Assembly: GCA_003056085.1 (NCBI GenBank)
Contig: LSNK01000001.1
Location: 88,729-152,728, forward strand
Source of the DNA: Parcubacteria group bacterium M6-OD1-1
GTDB taxonomy: Bacteria; Patescibacteriota; Minisyncoccia; GWC2-36-17; M10-OD1-4
Length of the DNA: 64,000 nucleotides
Direction: 5' to 3'
The notes below the pieces were generated by a model that was given only the letters and a program-made list of their open reading frames with translations, was not told the origin of the DNA and made no database searches. Positions within the stretch are counted from its first letter, which is position 1; each line of letters begins with the position of its first letter. Below are positions 1 to 10,878 of this stretch, one piece after another. The position numbers and the translations under genes are program-made.

Positions 1-1182
1 TATTTCATCTTTACCTTCATCTTCTTCTTTGTCGGAAGAATTTATCGAAACTTTTCCGGACTCAACATCTTTTAAAAGACCATCAAACAAATCAGAAAGA
101 TTTTTTGTTTCTTTTTTCATCTCATCTAAGGAAGAAGCTTTAAGAAGACCTCCTAAGATATTTTTTATATGAGAAAGTTTTTCTTTTATATGAGAAATAC
201 TTATGGGAGTAAACTGAGGAACAACTTTCCGGCTTCTTGCCTGGAAATCTATCGCTCCCTCTATTTTTCCTAAGTCTCTTTGCAACTCGCTCTTTTTAGA
301 CTCAATCTTAAATAAATCTTTTTCATAAATTTCCAAATCCTCAAAAAATCCGGAAACTTTCTTCTCCTCATCCTCAAGCTTCAAAGATATTTCTTTTTGA
401 GAATTTTGCACATCCAAAAGAAGCTTGTCTAATTCTTCCTTCGTTTTATTTTTTTGGTCAAATTCTTTTTTTAGTGAAAGAAATTTGCTTGTAACAAACT
501 TTTTTTCAAGTTTTACAAGCTCTTCTTCTAATTTTTCTTTTTCTTCAAGTTTTTGAACCTGCTTTTTTAAAAATTTCAGATGAGGAGAAAGCTCTCTTTG
601 GATGCTCTCGGTTTTTTCTAAATTGTTTTTGGTTTGATTTAATTTTAAAATAGATTCATTTTTTTTGATTTGAAATTCACGAAGACCCAAAGCTTCGTCC
701 ACCATTTCTTTTCTTTCTTTTTCTGAGGCATTTAAAATATGGTCGCCCATTCCTTGATTTATTATGGTATAACCCTTAAGTCCGAGTTTTGCTTTTGAAA
801 TAAATTCGGCTAAATCTTTAAGTCTTACTTGAGAGTTGTTGATAAAATACTGATTTTCTCCATCTCTGAAAATTTTTCTTGATATAGAAACTTCTGTAAA
901 ATTTACAGGAAAAATTTTATTTGAATTATCAAAATACAAAGTAGCTTGGGCTATGTTCATTTTTGACTTTGAGCCCGAGCCGGAAAAGATAAGATCTTCG
1001 TTTTTTTTAACCCTTACATTTCGCATGCCCTGCTCTCCCAAAACAAACCTCAAGGCATCAGCTATATTTGACTTTCCACTTCCATTTGGACCGACGATAG
1101 CAGAAATCCCCAATTCAAAATCAAGGATTGTTTTTTGCGCAAAAGACTTAAAGCCTTGTATTTCAAGTTTTTTTAGAAACAT
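1..1182 (-). CDS. smc: Chromosome segregation protein SMC, N-terminal part (3' end lies beyond window start)
   Basis: Minus-strand translation from ATG at 1182 gives MFLKKLEIQGFKSF...IVGPNGSGKSNIADALRFVLGEQ (Walker A) followed by long coiled-coil heptads. The frame stays open to position 1. Confidence 0.85.
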   Translation of the reverse strand, partial: MFLKKLEIQGFKSFAQKTILDFELGISAIVGPNGSGKSNIADALRFVLGEQGMRNVRVKKNEDLIFSGSGSKSKMNIAQATLYFDNSNKIFPVNFTEVSISRKIFRDGENQYFINNSQVRLKDLAEFISKAKLGLKGYTIINQGMGDHILNASEKERKEMVDEALGLREFQIKKNESILKLNQTKNNLEKTESIQRELSPHLKFLKKQVQKLEEKEKLEEELVKLEKKFVTSKFLSLKKEFDQKNKTKEELDKLLLDVQNSQKEISLKLEDEEKKVSGFFEDLEIYEKDLFKIESKKSELQRDLGKIEGAIDFQARSRKVVPQFTPISISHIKEKLSHIKNILGGLLKASSLDEMKKETKNLSDLFDGLLKDVESGKVSINSSDKEEDEGKDEI

Positions 1183-1258
1183 AAATTTAGAATTTAGGAT
1201 ATAGAATTTTGAAGTTAGAATATAATTTTATAGCTTATATTCCATAATTTTGCGTAAT

Positions 1259-1948
1259 TTATTCTTTCCATCCTTTGTTTATGAGAGCGTTTTCCGCCGC
1301 TGACTGCTGAGCTTCCTGTTTTGACACTCCCTCACCTTCACCCACTGCTTCCTCACCCAAATATACTCCAATTTTAAAATGTCTGTCATGGTCCGGACCC
1401 CATTCATTTAGTACTTTATAAACCGGGGTAATACTAACTTTCTCCTGAGCTAATTCTTGAAGTAAGCTTTTTGAATCTTTGTGTAGTTTGTTTTTAATAA
1501 TATCATCAAGTTCCGGCAAGATAAATTTATGAACAAATTCAGAAGCAAATTCATATCCTCTATCTAAATAAATTGCACCTATTATAGCCTCAACAGCATT
1601 TGTTAAAATATATTGCCTTGCTCTCCCGGAGTCTTTTGCTTCACCTTTTGAAAGAAGCAGAAATTCATTTAGTTCCAATCTTGTCCCTATTGTTGCAAGC
1701 ATTTTTGAATTAACTAATGACGCTCTCCAAGAAGTGAGCTCTCCTTCCGGATTTGAATAATTTCTGTAAAGATAATCTGTAACTGCAAGCTCCAAAACAG
1801 CGTCCCCTAAAAATTCAAGACGCTCGTTGTGATCTAAAGAAAAATCCGGATTTTCATTTAAATATGATCTATGAGTTAAAGCCTGCGTTAATAAATCTTT
1901 ATTTTTAAAATTAACACCTAATGTAGACTCTAATTTTTCTAAATTCAT
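1259..1948 (-). CDS. rnc: Ribonuclease III
   Basis: RNase III signature ERLEFLGDAVLELAV, a C-terminal dsRBD-like region, 229 aa. Confidence 0.9.
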   Translation of the reverse strand: MNLEKLESTLGVNFKNKDLLTQALTHRSYLNENPDFSLDHNERLEFLGDAVLELAVTDYLYRNYSNPEGELTSWRASLVNSKMLATIGTRLELNEFLLLSKGEAKDSGRARQYILTNAVEAIIGAIYLDRGYEFASEFVHKFILPELDDIIKNKLHKDSKSLLQELAQEKVSITPVYKVLNEWGPDHDRHFKIGVYLGEEAVGEGEGVSKQEAQQSAAENALINKGWKE

Positions 1949-2009
1949 CTTTTTTAAAAAATCAGAAACAAAAAATTACCAATCCGAAGGGATTAGTAAT
2001 TCTTTGACC

Positions 2010-2444
2010 CTAATCTTTATTTTTATTTTCTAACATATTTTTATATATCGCCCCTAAAACACCATTTATAAATTTTCCTGAAGACTCACCACCAAATGTT
2101 TTTGCAAGCTCTATAGCTTCGTTTATCGCCACTTTTGGAGGAACATTTTCCGGATCGCCGTACAAAAGCTCATAAACACCAATTCTTAAGACATTCCTGT
2201 CAACTACGGTTATTTGGTCAAGAGGCCATTCTGGCGCATATTTTTCTATGGCTGAATTTATATTATCAATATTTTGCAGAACTCCGTCTATTAACTCACG
2301 AATAAAATCAATATCTGACATCCCGGGAGCAAATTCTTTAACATTTTTATCCAAGACACCATCTAAACTTTTGGTTTTATTCCAAAAATCCCACTCATAG
2401 AGTGATTGCATAACTATACTTCTTGAAAGGTGCCTATTTGCCAT
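2010..2444 (-). CDS. nusB: Transcription antitermination factor NusB
   Basis: 144 aa with NusB-like helical fold pattern (SLYEWDF..., ...[15 protein letters not shown]). Confidence 0.8.
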   Translation of the reverse strand: MANRHLSRSIVMQSLYEWDFWNKTKSLDGVLDKNVKEFAPGMSDIDFIRELIDGVLQNIDNINSAIEKYAPEWPLDQITVVDRNVLRIGVYELLYGDPENVPPKVAINEAIELAKTFGGESSGKFINGVLGAIYKNMLENKNKD

Positions 2445-2502
2445 TTATTTAGCTTATTAGCTTATTTCAGCCCGCACTTTAGCGGAAACTTTTAGGAGAA
2501 AA

Positions 2503-2745
2503 TTATTTTTCCTCATGTTTATCTTCAATTTCTTTTTTCTTTTGCTTCTTTTCTTTTTTATCTAACTTTGCCATAACATCAATCACTTCTCTTTTGTTGT
2601 AATTGCCGCAATTTTTGCATGTTGTATGAGAAAGTACGGGATCATTGCATTTTGGACAAAAAGACATTGGAATTTTTTTAAGAGCATGATGCGCTCTTCT
2701 TCTATTTGTTCTTGATTTTGTTTGTCTTACTTTTGGTAAAGCCAT
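2503..2745 (-). CDS. rpmF: 50S ribosomal protein L32 with Lys/Glu-rich C-terminal tail
   Basis: N-terminus MALPKVRQTKSRTNRRRAHHALK plus CxxC...CxxC zinc ribbon typical of L32. Unusual KKEKKQKKKEIEDKHEEK tail. Confidence 0.7.
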   Translation of the reverse strand: MALPKVRQTKSRTNRRRAHHALKKIPMSFCPKCNDPVLSHTTCKNCGNYNKREVIDVMAKLDKKEKKQKKKEIEDKHEEK

Positions 2746-2855
2746 ATTTAGCTTCTTAGCTTTTAGCCTCTTAGCTTTTAGCTAAAAATATTAATTTTTA
2801 TTTTCAATATACTACCCTATAAATTTCATTTTGACAAGGCAATCAACTAAAACGA

Positions 2856-3926
2856 TTATGTCCTTGCGCATACAGCATAAACTGTCATGCTTCCTGAATT
2901 CCAATTTGCAGCTGCCGTCCAACCATTTGCACCAAGATTAGGTCTGTTGAATTTCATCCATACATAATTAACATCACCTCCTGCAACCATATTATAACCT
3001 CCAGATATAACTTTATATCCTGATGGACAAACAGCTGTCGCTCCATTGCCGGTAGCTGTAACAACCATCACATTAATCCCAACTGGAGTATCGGAGGTGC
3101 AAACAACTCTTCCGCTTGATGCCCTACACCACTGACCTTCTGTTAAATCTCCAACTAAACCTGTTGGAGCGCTTGCTGTGCAATTTATTTCTGTCCCATT
3201 TGAAGTGCACCACATATTATTTTGGAGAGTTCCGACTTCCGGATCATTCTCCGTTAAAACAGGAGGCGTTGCCTGACAATTTATAGTTGTTCCATTTGAA
3301 GTACACCATCTTCCTCCCTGAAGAGACCCCACAGCCGGATCTACCTCTGAAGGAGGGTCTGTTGTACAATTAACTACTGCTCCGTTTGAAGTGCACCACA
3401 TATTATTTTGAAGAGTTCCGACTTGAGGGTCCTGCTCCTGAGTTAAAAGCTGCTGTCCTTGCGAAAATATTCTTCCATTTGCTCTTATATCTCCATCTAC
3501 GTGAAGTTTCGCCTGAGGAATTATATCTCCAATTGAAATATCCCCGCTGTTTGCTATTTGAAATCTTGTTTGTTCTTGAGGATTTGATGGATTATTTGAA
3601 GTCTGAACATTATATTTTAAAGAATTTCCATCATTAAAAAAATATCCGTACCTTGGACTTGTTTGAGAATTTGAAAAAAATCTTATTCCTGACCTTGAGC
3701 CTTGCGAAACCCCATTATTTAACCAAATATCTCTCCCGATAGTTAATCCTCCTGTTTTTGTTTGGTTTGAATTTGATACATTTATCGGAGCAGGGAGATT
3801 ACTGATTGCCGGAGCCCCGGGAGGACCTATCCATTGAGCTTTTGTTTTTTGGATTATCATTGAACCTAAAAAAGAGAAGAAAACTACCGCTAAAACCATA
3901 GATATTATTTTAAATGGGATTTTCAT
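2856..3926 (-). CDS. Secreted Cys-containing repeat protein; paralog of 27906..29267 (shared N-terminal module)
   Basis: Signal peptide then AQWIGPPGAPAISNLPAPINV...GGLTIG, and a TLQNNMWCTSNG repeat present three times. The N-terminal 80 aa are alignable with the 27906 protein. Confidence 0.5.
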   Translation of the reverse strand: MKIPFKIISMVLAVVFFSFLGSMIIQKTKAQWIGPPGAPAISNLPAPINVSNSNQTKTGGLTIGRDIWLNNGVSQGSRSGIRFFSNSQTSPRYGYFFNDGNSLKYNVQTSNNPSNPQEQTRFQIANSGDISIGDIIPQAKLHVDGDIRANGRIFSQGQQLLTQEQDPQVGTLQNNMWCTSNGAVVNCTTDPPSEVDPAVGSLQGGRWCTSNGTTINCQATPPVLTENDPEVGTLQNNMWCTSNGTEINCTASAPTGLVGDLTEGQWCRASSGRVVCTSDTPVGINVMVVTATGNGATAVCPSGYKVISGGYNMVAGGDVNYVWMKFNRPNLGANGWTAAANWNSGSMTVYAVCART

Positions 3927-4085
3927 AAAATATTTAAATTATTTTTTATAATATATATTTTAACATTTTTTAAAAAATAATAAAACAGCTTCAACACAAA
4001 CCTACATTTAATAACTGATGCTTTTTTATACTGATTATAAAAATATTAAATATCATCAGAAAAAGAATATTTAATATAATAAAAA

Positions 4086-4125
4086 AAAGCAAATCCACTT
4101 AGGGGTTGAACCCCCAAGTGATGTC
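4086..4125 (-). terminator. Rho-independent terminator downstream of rnhB
   Basis: Hairpin cacttagggg/cccccaagtg with a U-run on the minus strand (A8 at 4081-4088 on plus). Confidence 0.5.
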
Positions 4126-4199
4126 TGCTGTGAAAAATCTACTTTTGAAGGCTCTGTTAGAATTAATTGTAAAATTTCTATTTAAAAATAAAAGGGTTT

Positions 4200-4835
4200 T
4201 TAATGCAAGAAAGACTTCCTATGAATTTCACAAGAACCGTACTTTTTTATCATCTCAAAATGAAACTTGGTGCCATACCCTTTATGTTTTTCAAAACCAA
4301 ATTCTGGATATTTTTCGGCGTATTCTTCCATTATTTTGTCTCTTGTTACTTTTGCTATTATAGACGCCGCCGCAATGGAAAATATTTTTGCATCACCTCC
4401 TATTATCGCTTTTTGGCTCACTGAAATATTTGGAATAATCTCTCTTCCATCAACAAGAACAAATACATCTTTTTCACTTTTTAAACCCAAGTCCAAAAAG
4501 GCAATTTTCATAGCAAGTAAAGACGCCTGCAATATATTTATTTTATCTATTGTTTTCTCATCAACAATGCCTATGCCGTATTTTACAATTTTACTTTTTT
4601 TTAATTTTGAAAATATCTCTTCTCTCTTTTTTGGAGTAACTTTTTTTGAATCTTTTATACCTAAATTTAAAAATTCTTCAATGCTTTCTCCTGATTTTTC
4701 TTTAAAAAAACAGGCAGATGCAACCACAGGACCAGCTAAAGGACCTCTGCCAACTTCATCAATACCAACAACACAATTATAGCCGGATCGCCAAATTTCT
4801 CTTTCTTTTTCTAATTTTGGTGATTGTTGTTTCAT
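4200..4835 (-). CDS. rnhB: Ribonuclease HII
   Basis: GIDEVGRGPLAGPVVASAC motif, 211 aa. Confidence 0.9.
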   Translation of the reverse strand: MKQQSPKLEKEREIWRSGYNCVVGIDEVGRGPLAGPVVASACFFKEKSGESIEEFLNLGIKDSKKVTPKKREEIFSKLKKSKIVKYGIGIVDEKTIDKINILQASLLAMKIAFLDLGLKSEKDVFVLVDGREIIPNISVSQKAIIGGDAKIFSIAAASIIAKVTRDKIMEEYAEKYPEFGFEKHKGYGTKFHFEMIKKYGSCEIHRKSFLH

Positions 4836-4884
4836 ATGATAATATTAACACAGCCTATATAAATTTTATAATTTCAAATAGTAT

Positions 4885-7800
4885 ATGTCAGAAGAAAAAA
4901 AATTCGTTCATCTCCACGTTCACTCCCACTACAGCTTGCTTGACGGCATGCCAAAAATAGAGGAGCTCATCAAAAAAACCAAAGAACTTGGTATGGACTC
5001 TATTGCTCTAACCGACCACGGCTACATGTACGGGATAATTGAATTTTACAAAACAGCTAAAAAACATGGAATAAAACCTATTTTAGGAGTTGAAGTATAT
5101 GTGGCTCCAAGAAAAATAACAGATAAAGAAACGGGAATAGATGATAAAAGATTTCATTTGGTGCTTCTTGCAAAAAATAATACAGGATACAAAAATCTTA
5201 TAAAACTGATAACAAAAGCAAATTTAGAAGGTTTTTATTATAAACCGAGAGTAGATAAAGATCTTTTAAAAAAATATTCAAAAGGACTGATAGCTTTGTC
5301 TGCGTGTATGTCCGGTGAAATACCTCGGGCAATATTAACTAAAAACTTTGAGAAGGCGGAAAAAACAATAAAAGAATATAAAGACATATTTGGAGAAAAT
5401 TTTTACTTGGAAATATCTCATCGCCCAAACATTAAAGTATCTGATACGGTAAATAAAAAAATAATTGAATATTCCGAAAAGTTTGATGTGCCTTTAGTGG
5501 CAACTTGCGATGTTCATTATATTGAAAAAGATGATGCAAAAGCCCAAGACACTTTAATGGCGGTTCAAACAGGAGCAAAGCTCGGAGAAGGCGATAGAAT
5601 AACTTTGGCACAGGATGATTTTTCTTTAAAAAGTCCTGAAGAAATATATGAAACGTTCCCCTACCCAAAGGAAGCGCTTAAAAACACGATTAAAATTGCG
5701 AAATCTTGTAATGTTGATATAGAACTTGGAGTAATCCAACTTCCTGACTATGAGGTGCCCAAAAATAGAACAACTGAAAGTTATTTAAAAGAACTTTGTC
5801 TTGGGGGTATTGAAAAAAGATACGGCAAAAATTCCTCAGACGATGTAATAAAGCGTCTTGATTACGAACTTTCTGTTATAAACAAAACCGGCTATGCGGA
5901 ATATTTTTTAATAGTTTCGGATTTTGTTAATTGGGCAAAAGAAAACAAAATAGTCGTCGGACCGGGAAGAGGCTCGGCCGCAGGCTCTATCGTTGCTTAT
6001 CTTTTAAATATCACAAATATAGACCCTTTAAAATATGATTTGCTTTTTGAAAGATTTTTAAATCCTGACAGAGTAAGTATGCCCGATATTGATCTTGATT
6101 TTGCAGACACCAGAAGAGATGAGGTTTTAGATTATGTTGTTGAAAAATATGGGCAAGAACGCGTAGCTCAGATTATCACGTTTGGAACCATGGCTGCTCG
6201 TGCTGCGATAAGAGACACAGGCAGAGCGCTTGGTATAAGTTATGATTTTTGTGATAAATTGGCAAAACTAATTGAATTTGGAACTTCTTTGCAGGATTCT
6301 TTAAATAAAATTCCGGAATTGAAAGAAATATATGAAACCAATGAAGAAGCTAAGGTGCTGCTGGATGCCGCAAAAAAATTAGAAGGGGTAGCAAGGCATG
6401 CGTCAACACACGCCTGCGCTGTTGTGATAGCAAGAAACCCACTTGATGAAATAGTGCCATTGCAATATGCAACAAAGTCTCAAGATGATTCCGGAAATGC
6501 AAAAAAAGATGAGAGAAAACAAATAGTTACACAATATGAGATGCATGCTATTGAAGATTTAGGACTTTTAAAAATGGATTTTTTAGGACTTAAAAATCTC
6601 TCTATTATTGAACGAACTTTAAAAATTATAAAAAGAAGACATAAAATTGAAATAGATATTGATAAAATACCACTGGATGACGAAAAGTCATTTAAATTGT
6701 TTCAAAAGGCAAAAACAACAGGAATATTCCAATTTGAATCTTCGGGAATGAAACGATACTTAAAAGAGTTAAAACCGACTGAACTTGAAGATATTATCGT
6801 TATGGTCGCACTTTATCGCCCAGGTCCTCTTAATTCAGGAATGGTTGATGAATTTATTAATAGAAAGCATGGGAAAAAAGAAATTATCTTTAAACACCCA
6901 ATCATGGAAAATTCCTTAAAAAATACATATGGGGTTATTGTCTACCAAGAACAGGTTATGCAACTTTCCAAAGACATGGCAATGTTTACTGGTGGACAAG
7001 CTGATACATTAAGAAAAGCTATGGGGAAAAAAATTGCTTCTCTTATGACTAAAATGAAAAATGAATTCATTGAAGGATGCATTAAAAATAATCTCAAAGT
7101 AGACTTAGCTAAAACTACTTTTTTAGATATGGAAAAATTTGCTGAATATGGATTCAATAGAAGTCATGCTGCGTGTTACGGACTTGTTGGATATCAAACA
7201 GCATACCTTAAAGCACGCTTCCCAGCAGAATTTATGGCATCCCTTATGACTGCCGACCTAAGAGATATTGAAAGAATCGCATTTTTGGTTGAAGAGGCAA
7301 ACACATTAGGCATAACTATACTTGCTCCAAGTGTAAATGAAAGCTTTAGGGATTTTGCAGTTATTTCAGACAATGAAATAAGATTTGGTTTAGTTGCTAT
7401 TAAAGGCGTAGGAGAAAACATAGCAAAAGCAATAATTGAAGAAAGAGAAACAAATGGAAAATTTAACTCACTTGAAGACTTCTTAATAAGAGTTAATCAC
7501 AAAGACCTAAATAAAAAATCTGTAGAATCCTTAATAAAAGCCGGGGCGCTGGATGAATTTGAGGACAGAAATCTACTCTATGGGAATGCGGTGAAAATTT
7601 TGGAATTTGTAAAAAATAAATCAAAAAAAGATGTAAAAACTCCTCAAATGGGTCTTTTTGATGATGATCCAAAAATTGATATGTCTGCTCTTAGATTAGT
7701 TGCCCCGGAAGAAAATATATCAAAAAAAGATATGCTCGCATGGGAAAAAGAGTTGATTGGACTTTATATTTCCGGCCATCCGCTTGGAGAACACAAAGAA

Positions 7801-8100
7801 CAGTTAGAAAAAGAGACGATAAAAATAGAAGACATAACCGACAACTTAGTTGGAAGAACCGTTAAAGTCGGGGGGATGGTCACCAATATTAAAAAGATAG
7901 TAACAAAAAATGGCGACCCAATGGCATTTGCCCAACTTGAAGACTTTTCTAAAAAAATAGAATTGGTTATCTTCCCAAAGACTCTTGAAAAAACAAAAGA
8001 TTTTTGGCAGGAAGACAAAGCAGCTTTTATATCTGGAAAATTAGATATGAGAAATGGAGAATATCAAATTTTATGCAGCACGGCAAAGGAAATAAAATAA
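4885..8100 (+). CDS. dnaE: DNA polymerase III alpha subunit
   Basis: PHP domain HLHVHSHYSLLDG, a pol III alpha core and a C-terminal OB fold, 1071 aa. Confidence 0.95.
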   Translation: MSEEKKFVHLHVHSHYSLLDGMPKIEELIKKTKELGMDSIALTDHGYMYGIIEFYKTAKKHGIKPILGVEVYVAPRKITDKETGIDDKRFHLVLLAKNNTGYKNLIKLITKANLEGFYYKPRVDKDLLKKYSKGLIALSACMSGEIPRAILTKNFEKAEKTIKEYKDIFGENFYLEISHRPNIKVSDTVNKKIIEYSEKFDVPLVATCDVHYIEKDDAKAQDTLMAVQTGAKLGEGDRITLAQDDFSLKSPEEIYETFPYPKEALKNTIKIAKSCNVDIELGVIQLPDYEVPKNRTTESYLKELCLGGIEKRYGKNSSDDVIKRLDYELSVINKTGYAEYFLIVSDFVNWAKENKIVVGPGRGSAAGSIVAYLLNITNIDPLKYDLLFERFLNPDRVSMPDIDLDFADTRRDEVLDYVVEKYGQERVAQIITFGTMAARAAIRDTGRALGISYDFCDKLAKLIEFGTSLQDSLNKIPELKEIYETNEEAKVLLDAAKKLEGVARHASTHACAVVIARNPLDEIVPLQYATKSQDDSGNAKKDERKQIVTQYEMHAIEDLGLLKMDFLGLKNLSIIERTLKIIKRRHKIEIDIDKIPLDDEKSFKLFQKAKTTGIFQFESSGMKRYLKELKPTELEDIIVMVALYRPGPLNSGMVDEFINRKHGKKEIIFKHPIMENSLKNTYGVIVYQEQVMQLSKDMAMFTGGQADTLRKAMGKKIASLMTKMKNEFIEGCIKNNLKVDLAKTTFLDMEKFAEYGFNRSHAACYGLVGYQTAYLKARFPAEFMASLMTADLRDIERIAFLVEEANTLGITILAPSVNESFRDFAVISDNEIRFGLVAIKGVGENIAKAIIEERETNGKFNSLEDFLIRVNHKDLNKKSVESLIKAGALDEFEDRNLLYGNAVKILEFVKNKSKKDVKTPQMGLFDDDPKIDMSALRLVAPEENISKKDMLAWEKELIGLYISGHPLGEHKEQLEKETIKIEDITDNLVGRTVKVGGMVTNIKKIVTKNGDPMAFAQLEDFSKKIELVIFPKTLEKTKDFWQEDKAAFISGKLDMRNGEYQILCSTAKEIK

Positions 8101-8102
8101 AA

Positions 8103-8138
8103 AATCTCTGACATTAAATGTCAGAGATTTTTTATTTT
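8103..8138. terminator. Bidirectional hairpin terminator between convergent dnaE and gatB
   Basis: aatctctgacatt-aaa-tgtcagagatt followed by a T-run. Confidence 0.6.
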
Positions 8139-8155
8139 GACTACCTTAAATTAAG

Positions 8156-9646
8156 CTACAAAAGAAGCTTCTCTAAAACTTCCTTTGTAACTGCTGGATT
8201 TGCTTTTCCTTTTGTTTTTGCCATAACTTGCCCCAATAAAAATTGTACTGAATTTAAATTTCCATTTTTGTAATCTAATACGGGTTTCGGATTCTTATCT
8301 ATCACCTCTTTTACAATCTTAGATATTTCTTCGGCATCATTTAATTGCAAAAGCCCTTTCTCTTCTATTATATGGTCAGGATCTGCGCCAGTTTCCACCA
8401 TTTGAGCCAAGACGGTTTTTGCAGCGGCTGAGGTAATCTTTTTTTCAAAAATTAACAACATCAACTCTGCAAGATCTTCTTCCGACATTTTCATATCGGA
8501 TATTTTTTTATTCGTTTCTCTTAATATCTTTTTTAAATCTGTGTTTATATAATTAATCGCAAGCTTAATAATTGCTTTTGTTTTTTCAGTATAAATATCT
8601 TCCTTTTTTTCTTTCAAAAGACCCTTTAGTTCCGAAACAACATTCTCAAAATAAAAAGTTGTTTCTTTATTGGTTATTAAAATATCAGCATCTTTTTCTA
8701 AAATTCCAAAAACTGTTTTAAACCTTCCAAGTTTTTGTTTTGGCAATTCCGGCAAAGAGGCTTTTAATGATTCGACATCAATTATATCTTTTGTTGGAAT
8801 TCCCTCTCTTTCACCAAGCTCCATTTGGGGTAAGTCCGGTTCCGGAAAATATCTGTAATCATGCGCACTTTCTTTCAGTCTTTGAGAGTATGTTATTTTT
8901 CTGTTTTCGTCCCAACCTCTTGTTTCTTGTATGACCTTCTCCCCCTTTTCCAAAAGAGCCTCTTGTCTTTTTTCTTCAAATTCTGCAGCATCTCTTACAG
9001 CTCGAAAAGAATTGAGATTTTTTATTTCAACTTTTGTTCCAAATTCTTTATTGTTTTTTTTCTTTAAACTTATATTAACCTCGCAACGCATTTGTCCTTT
9101 TTCCATATTGGCGTCAGAAACACCTAAATATTGAAATATTCTTTGGAGTTCTTCACAAAAAGACTTAGCCTCATCACCGGAAGTCATTTCCGGTTCCGTT
9201 ACGAGTTCCATCAAAGGAGCACTCGCCCTGTTAAAATCAACAAAACTGTAACCGGAAGCCCCATGAATAGACTTTGCGGTGTCTTCTTCCAAGTGAACTC
9301 TTGTTATGTTTATTTTTTTACCCAAAACTTCTAAATGCCCTCCTTCACAAATAGGCAAGTCATATTGGGATATCTGATATCCTTTCGGTATATCCGGATA
9401 AAAATAATTTTTTCTGTCAAACTTTGTATGTTTTGCAATCTTTGAACTCAAAGCATGACCAACCTTAACAACATACTCAACCGCTTTTTTATTTATGGTT
9501 GGAAGGGTTCCGGGATGCCCCAAACAAACCGGACAAATATTAATATTTGGACGGCTTTCCTCAGGGTCGTTTCTAGTACTGCAAAACATTTTTGTTTTGG
9601 TTTTTAGCTGCGCATGGACTTCAAGTCCTATTACTGTTTCATACAT
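8156..9646 (-). CDS. gatB: Asp/Glu-tRNA amidotransferase subunit B
   Basis: N-terminus MYETVIGLEVHAQLKTKTKMFC, a GatB/YqeY C-terminal domain, 496 aa. Confidence 0.9.
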   Translation of the reverse strand: MYETVIGLEVHAQLKTKTKMFCSTRNDPEESRPNINICPVCLGHPGTLPTINKKAVEYVVKVGHALSSKIAKHTKFDRKNYFYPDIPKGYQISQYDLPICEGGHLEVLGKKINITRVHLEEDTAKSIHGASGYSFVDFNRASAPLMELVTEPEMTSGDEAKSFCEELQRIFQYLGVSDANMEKGQMRCEVNISLKKKNNKEFGTKVEIKNLNSFRAVRDAAEFEEKRQEALLEKGEKVIQETRGWDENRKITYSQRLKESAHDYRYFPEPDLPQMELGEREGIPTKDIIDVESLKASLPELPKQKLGRFKTVFGILEKDADILITNKETTFYFENVVSELKGLLKEKKEDIYTEKTKAIIKLAINYINTDLKKILRETNKKISDMKMSEEDLAELMLLIFEKKITSAAAKTVLAQMVETGADPDHIIEEKGLLQLNDAEEISKIVKEVIDKNPKPVLDYKNGNLNSVQFLLGQVMAKTKGKANPAVTKEVLEKLLL

Positions 9647-9655
9647 AAAAATTTG

Positions 9656-10300
9656 TTATTTAAAAAACTTTATTAAAACTTTTTCAAATTCATCAGAAAC
9701 TTCTGACATTGAAGAATTACTGGGAATAAAATACATATTTTCAAATTTATCTTCCATTGCCTTAAAAGCATTCGCAGTTTTTTTTAAGAAATCTTCCTTT
9801 TTTTCAAAATACTCAAGACTTTCCCCGGACTTTCTATTCTTTAATCTCATAAAAGCAATGTCGGCAGGTATATCCATAATAAACATTAAGTCCGGTAAAA
9901 TAAAAGTGTCTCCTAATATATTTTTATGCTCTAACATCAAATCATCAAAATTCAAACCTTGCGCCATCCCATAAGCTAAAGTGGATAAAAAATACCTATC
10001 GCAGATATAAACAGAATTTTCTTTTTTCAAAATAGGTATAATTTCTGACATTAAATGCTCTTTCCTGTCTTTTATAAAAATTTTCTGAAATTCCATTAGA
10101 TCATCCGGAGTAGGCTCTTTCCCCTCTATAATATTTCTTGCTTTAATTCCTGCCTCCTGAGAAGATGGTTCATGCCCCGTATAAACATCATAATTTCTAT
10201 CTTTAAACCAACTTGCAATAAACTTAAGCTGAGTTGATTTACCCGAGCCGTCTATTCCGTCAATAGTTATAAATTTACCGGGATAAGAATTTTTTAACAT
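9656..10300 (-). CDS. tmk: Thymidylate kinase
   Basis: P-loop ITIDGIDGSGKSTQ, a DRY-like motif (ICDRYFLS) and a lid region. Confidence 0.9.
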   Translation of the reverse strand: MLKNSYPGKFITIDGIDGSGKSTQLKFIASWFKDRNYDVYTGHEPSSQEAGIKARNIIEGKEPTPDDLMEFQKIFIKDRKEHLMSEIIPILKKENSVYICDRYFLSTLAYGMAQGLNFDDLMLEHKNILGDTFILPDLMFIMDIPADIAFMRLKNRKSGESLEYFEKKEDFLKKTANAFKAMEDKFENMYFIPSNSSMSEVSDEFEKVLIKFFK

Positions 10301-10452
10301 AGAGTGTATATTATATTTTTCTTAAAACAAACAGCGCTTTTTATAATTGCTATTTCTAATAATATACTTGTTATATTACCTTAATAAAGAAACTTTGTGA
10401 AGAATCTAAAAAACAAAAACAGCCTCAGAAAAAGACTGTTTTTAAAAAATAT

Positions 10453-10878
10453 TTATTCTACGGTAATACCCATTGATCTTGCTGTCCCTTCAACAATACG
10501 AGAAGCCTGATCTACATCGTAAGCATTTAAATCAACCATTTTCTTTTCTGCTATCTCTTTTACCTGATCTTTTGTAACTTTCCCAATCTTTTTTTTATGA
10601 GGTTCACCTGACCCCTTTTCTACACCAGCCGCTTTTTTAAGCAGTTCTGCTGTAGGAGATGTTTTTAATTTAAATTCAAATGTTCTGTCTTCAAAAATTG
10701 TAATCTCAACAGGGACAACCTCTCCCATTTTGTCTTTTGTAGCTTCGTTATACTGTAAACAAAACTGCTGAATATTAAGTCCATGTGGACCAAGCGCTGT
10801 TCCTACGGGAGGCGCCGGATTTGCTTTCCCAGCCTGTATATTTATCTTAACTATTGTTTTTATTGGTTTATCTGCCAT
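10453..10878 (-). CDS. rplK: 50S ribosomal protein L11
   Basis: [30 protein letters not shown] is the canonical L11 sequence. Confidence 0.95.
   Translation of the reverse strand: MADKPIKTIVKINIQAGKANPAPPVGTALGPHGLNIQQFCLQYNEATKDKMGEVVPVEITIFEDRTFEFKLKTSPTAELLKKAAGVEKGSGEPHKKKIGKVTKDQVKEIAEKKMVDLNAYDVDQASRIVEGTARSMGITVE

Noticed and set aside
4267-4782. 171-aa plus-strand ORF inside rnhB. Similar antisense ORFs at 17161..17925 within pheT, 55109..55789 within recG, 39347..39724, 39951..40265 and 41238..41588 within clpC, and 12452..12814 within the VirB2-like gene.
   Set aside because: They lie entirely within well-supported genes on the opposite strand and have low-complexity composition and no motifs, so they are shadow ORFs typical of A/T-rich DNA.
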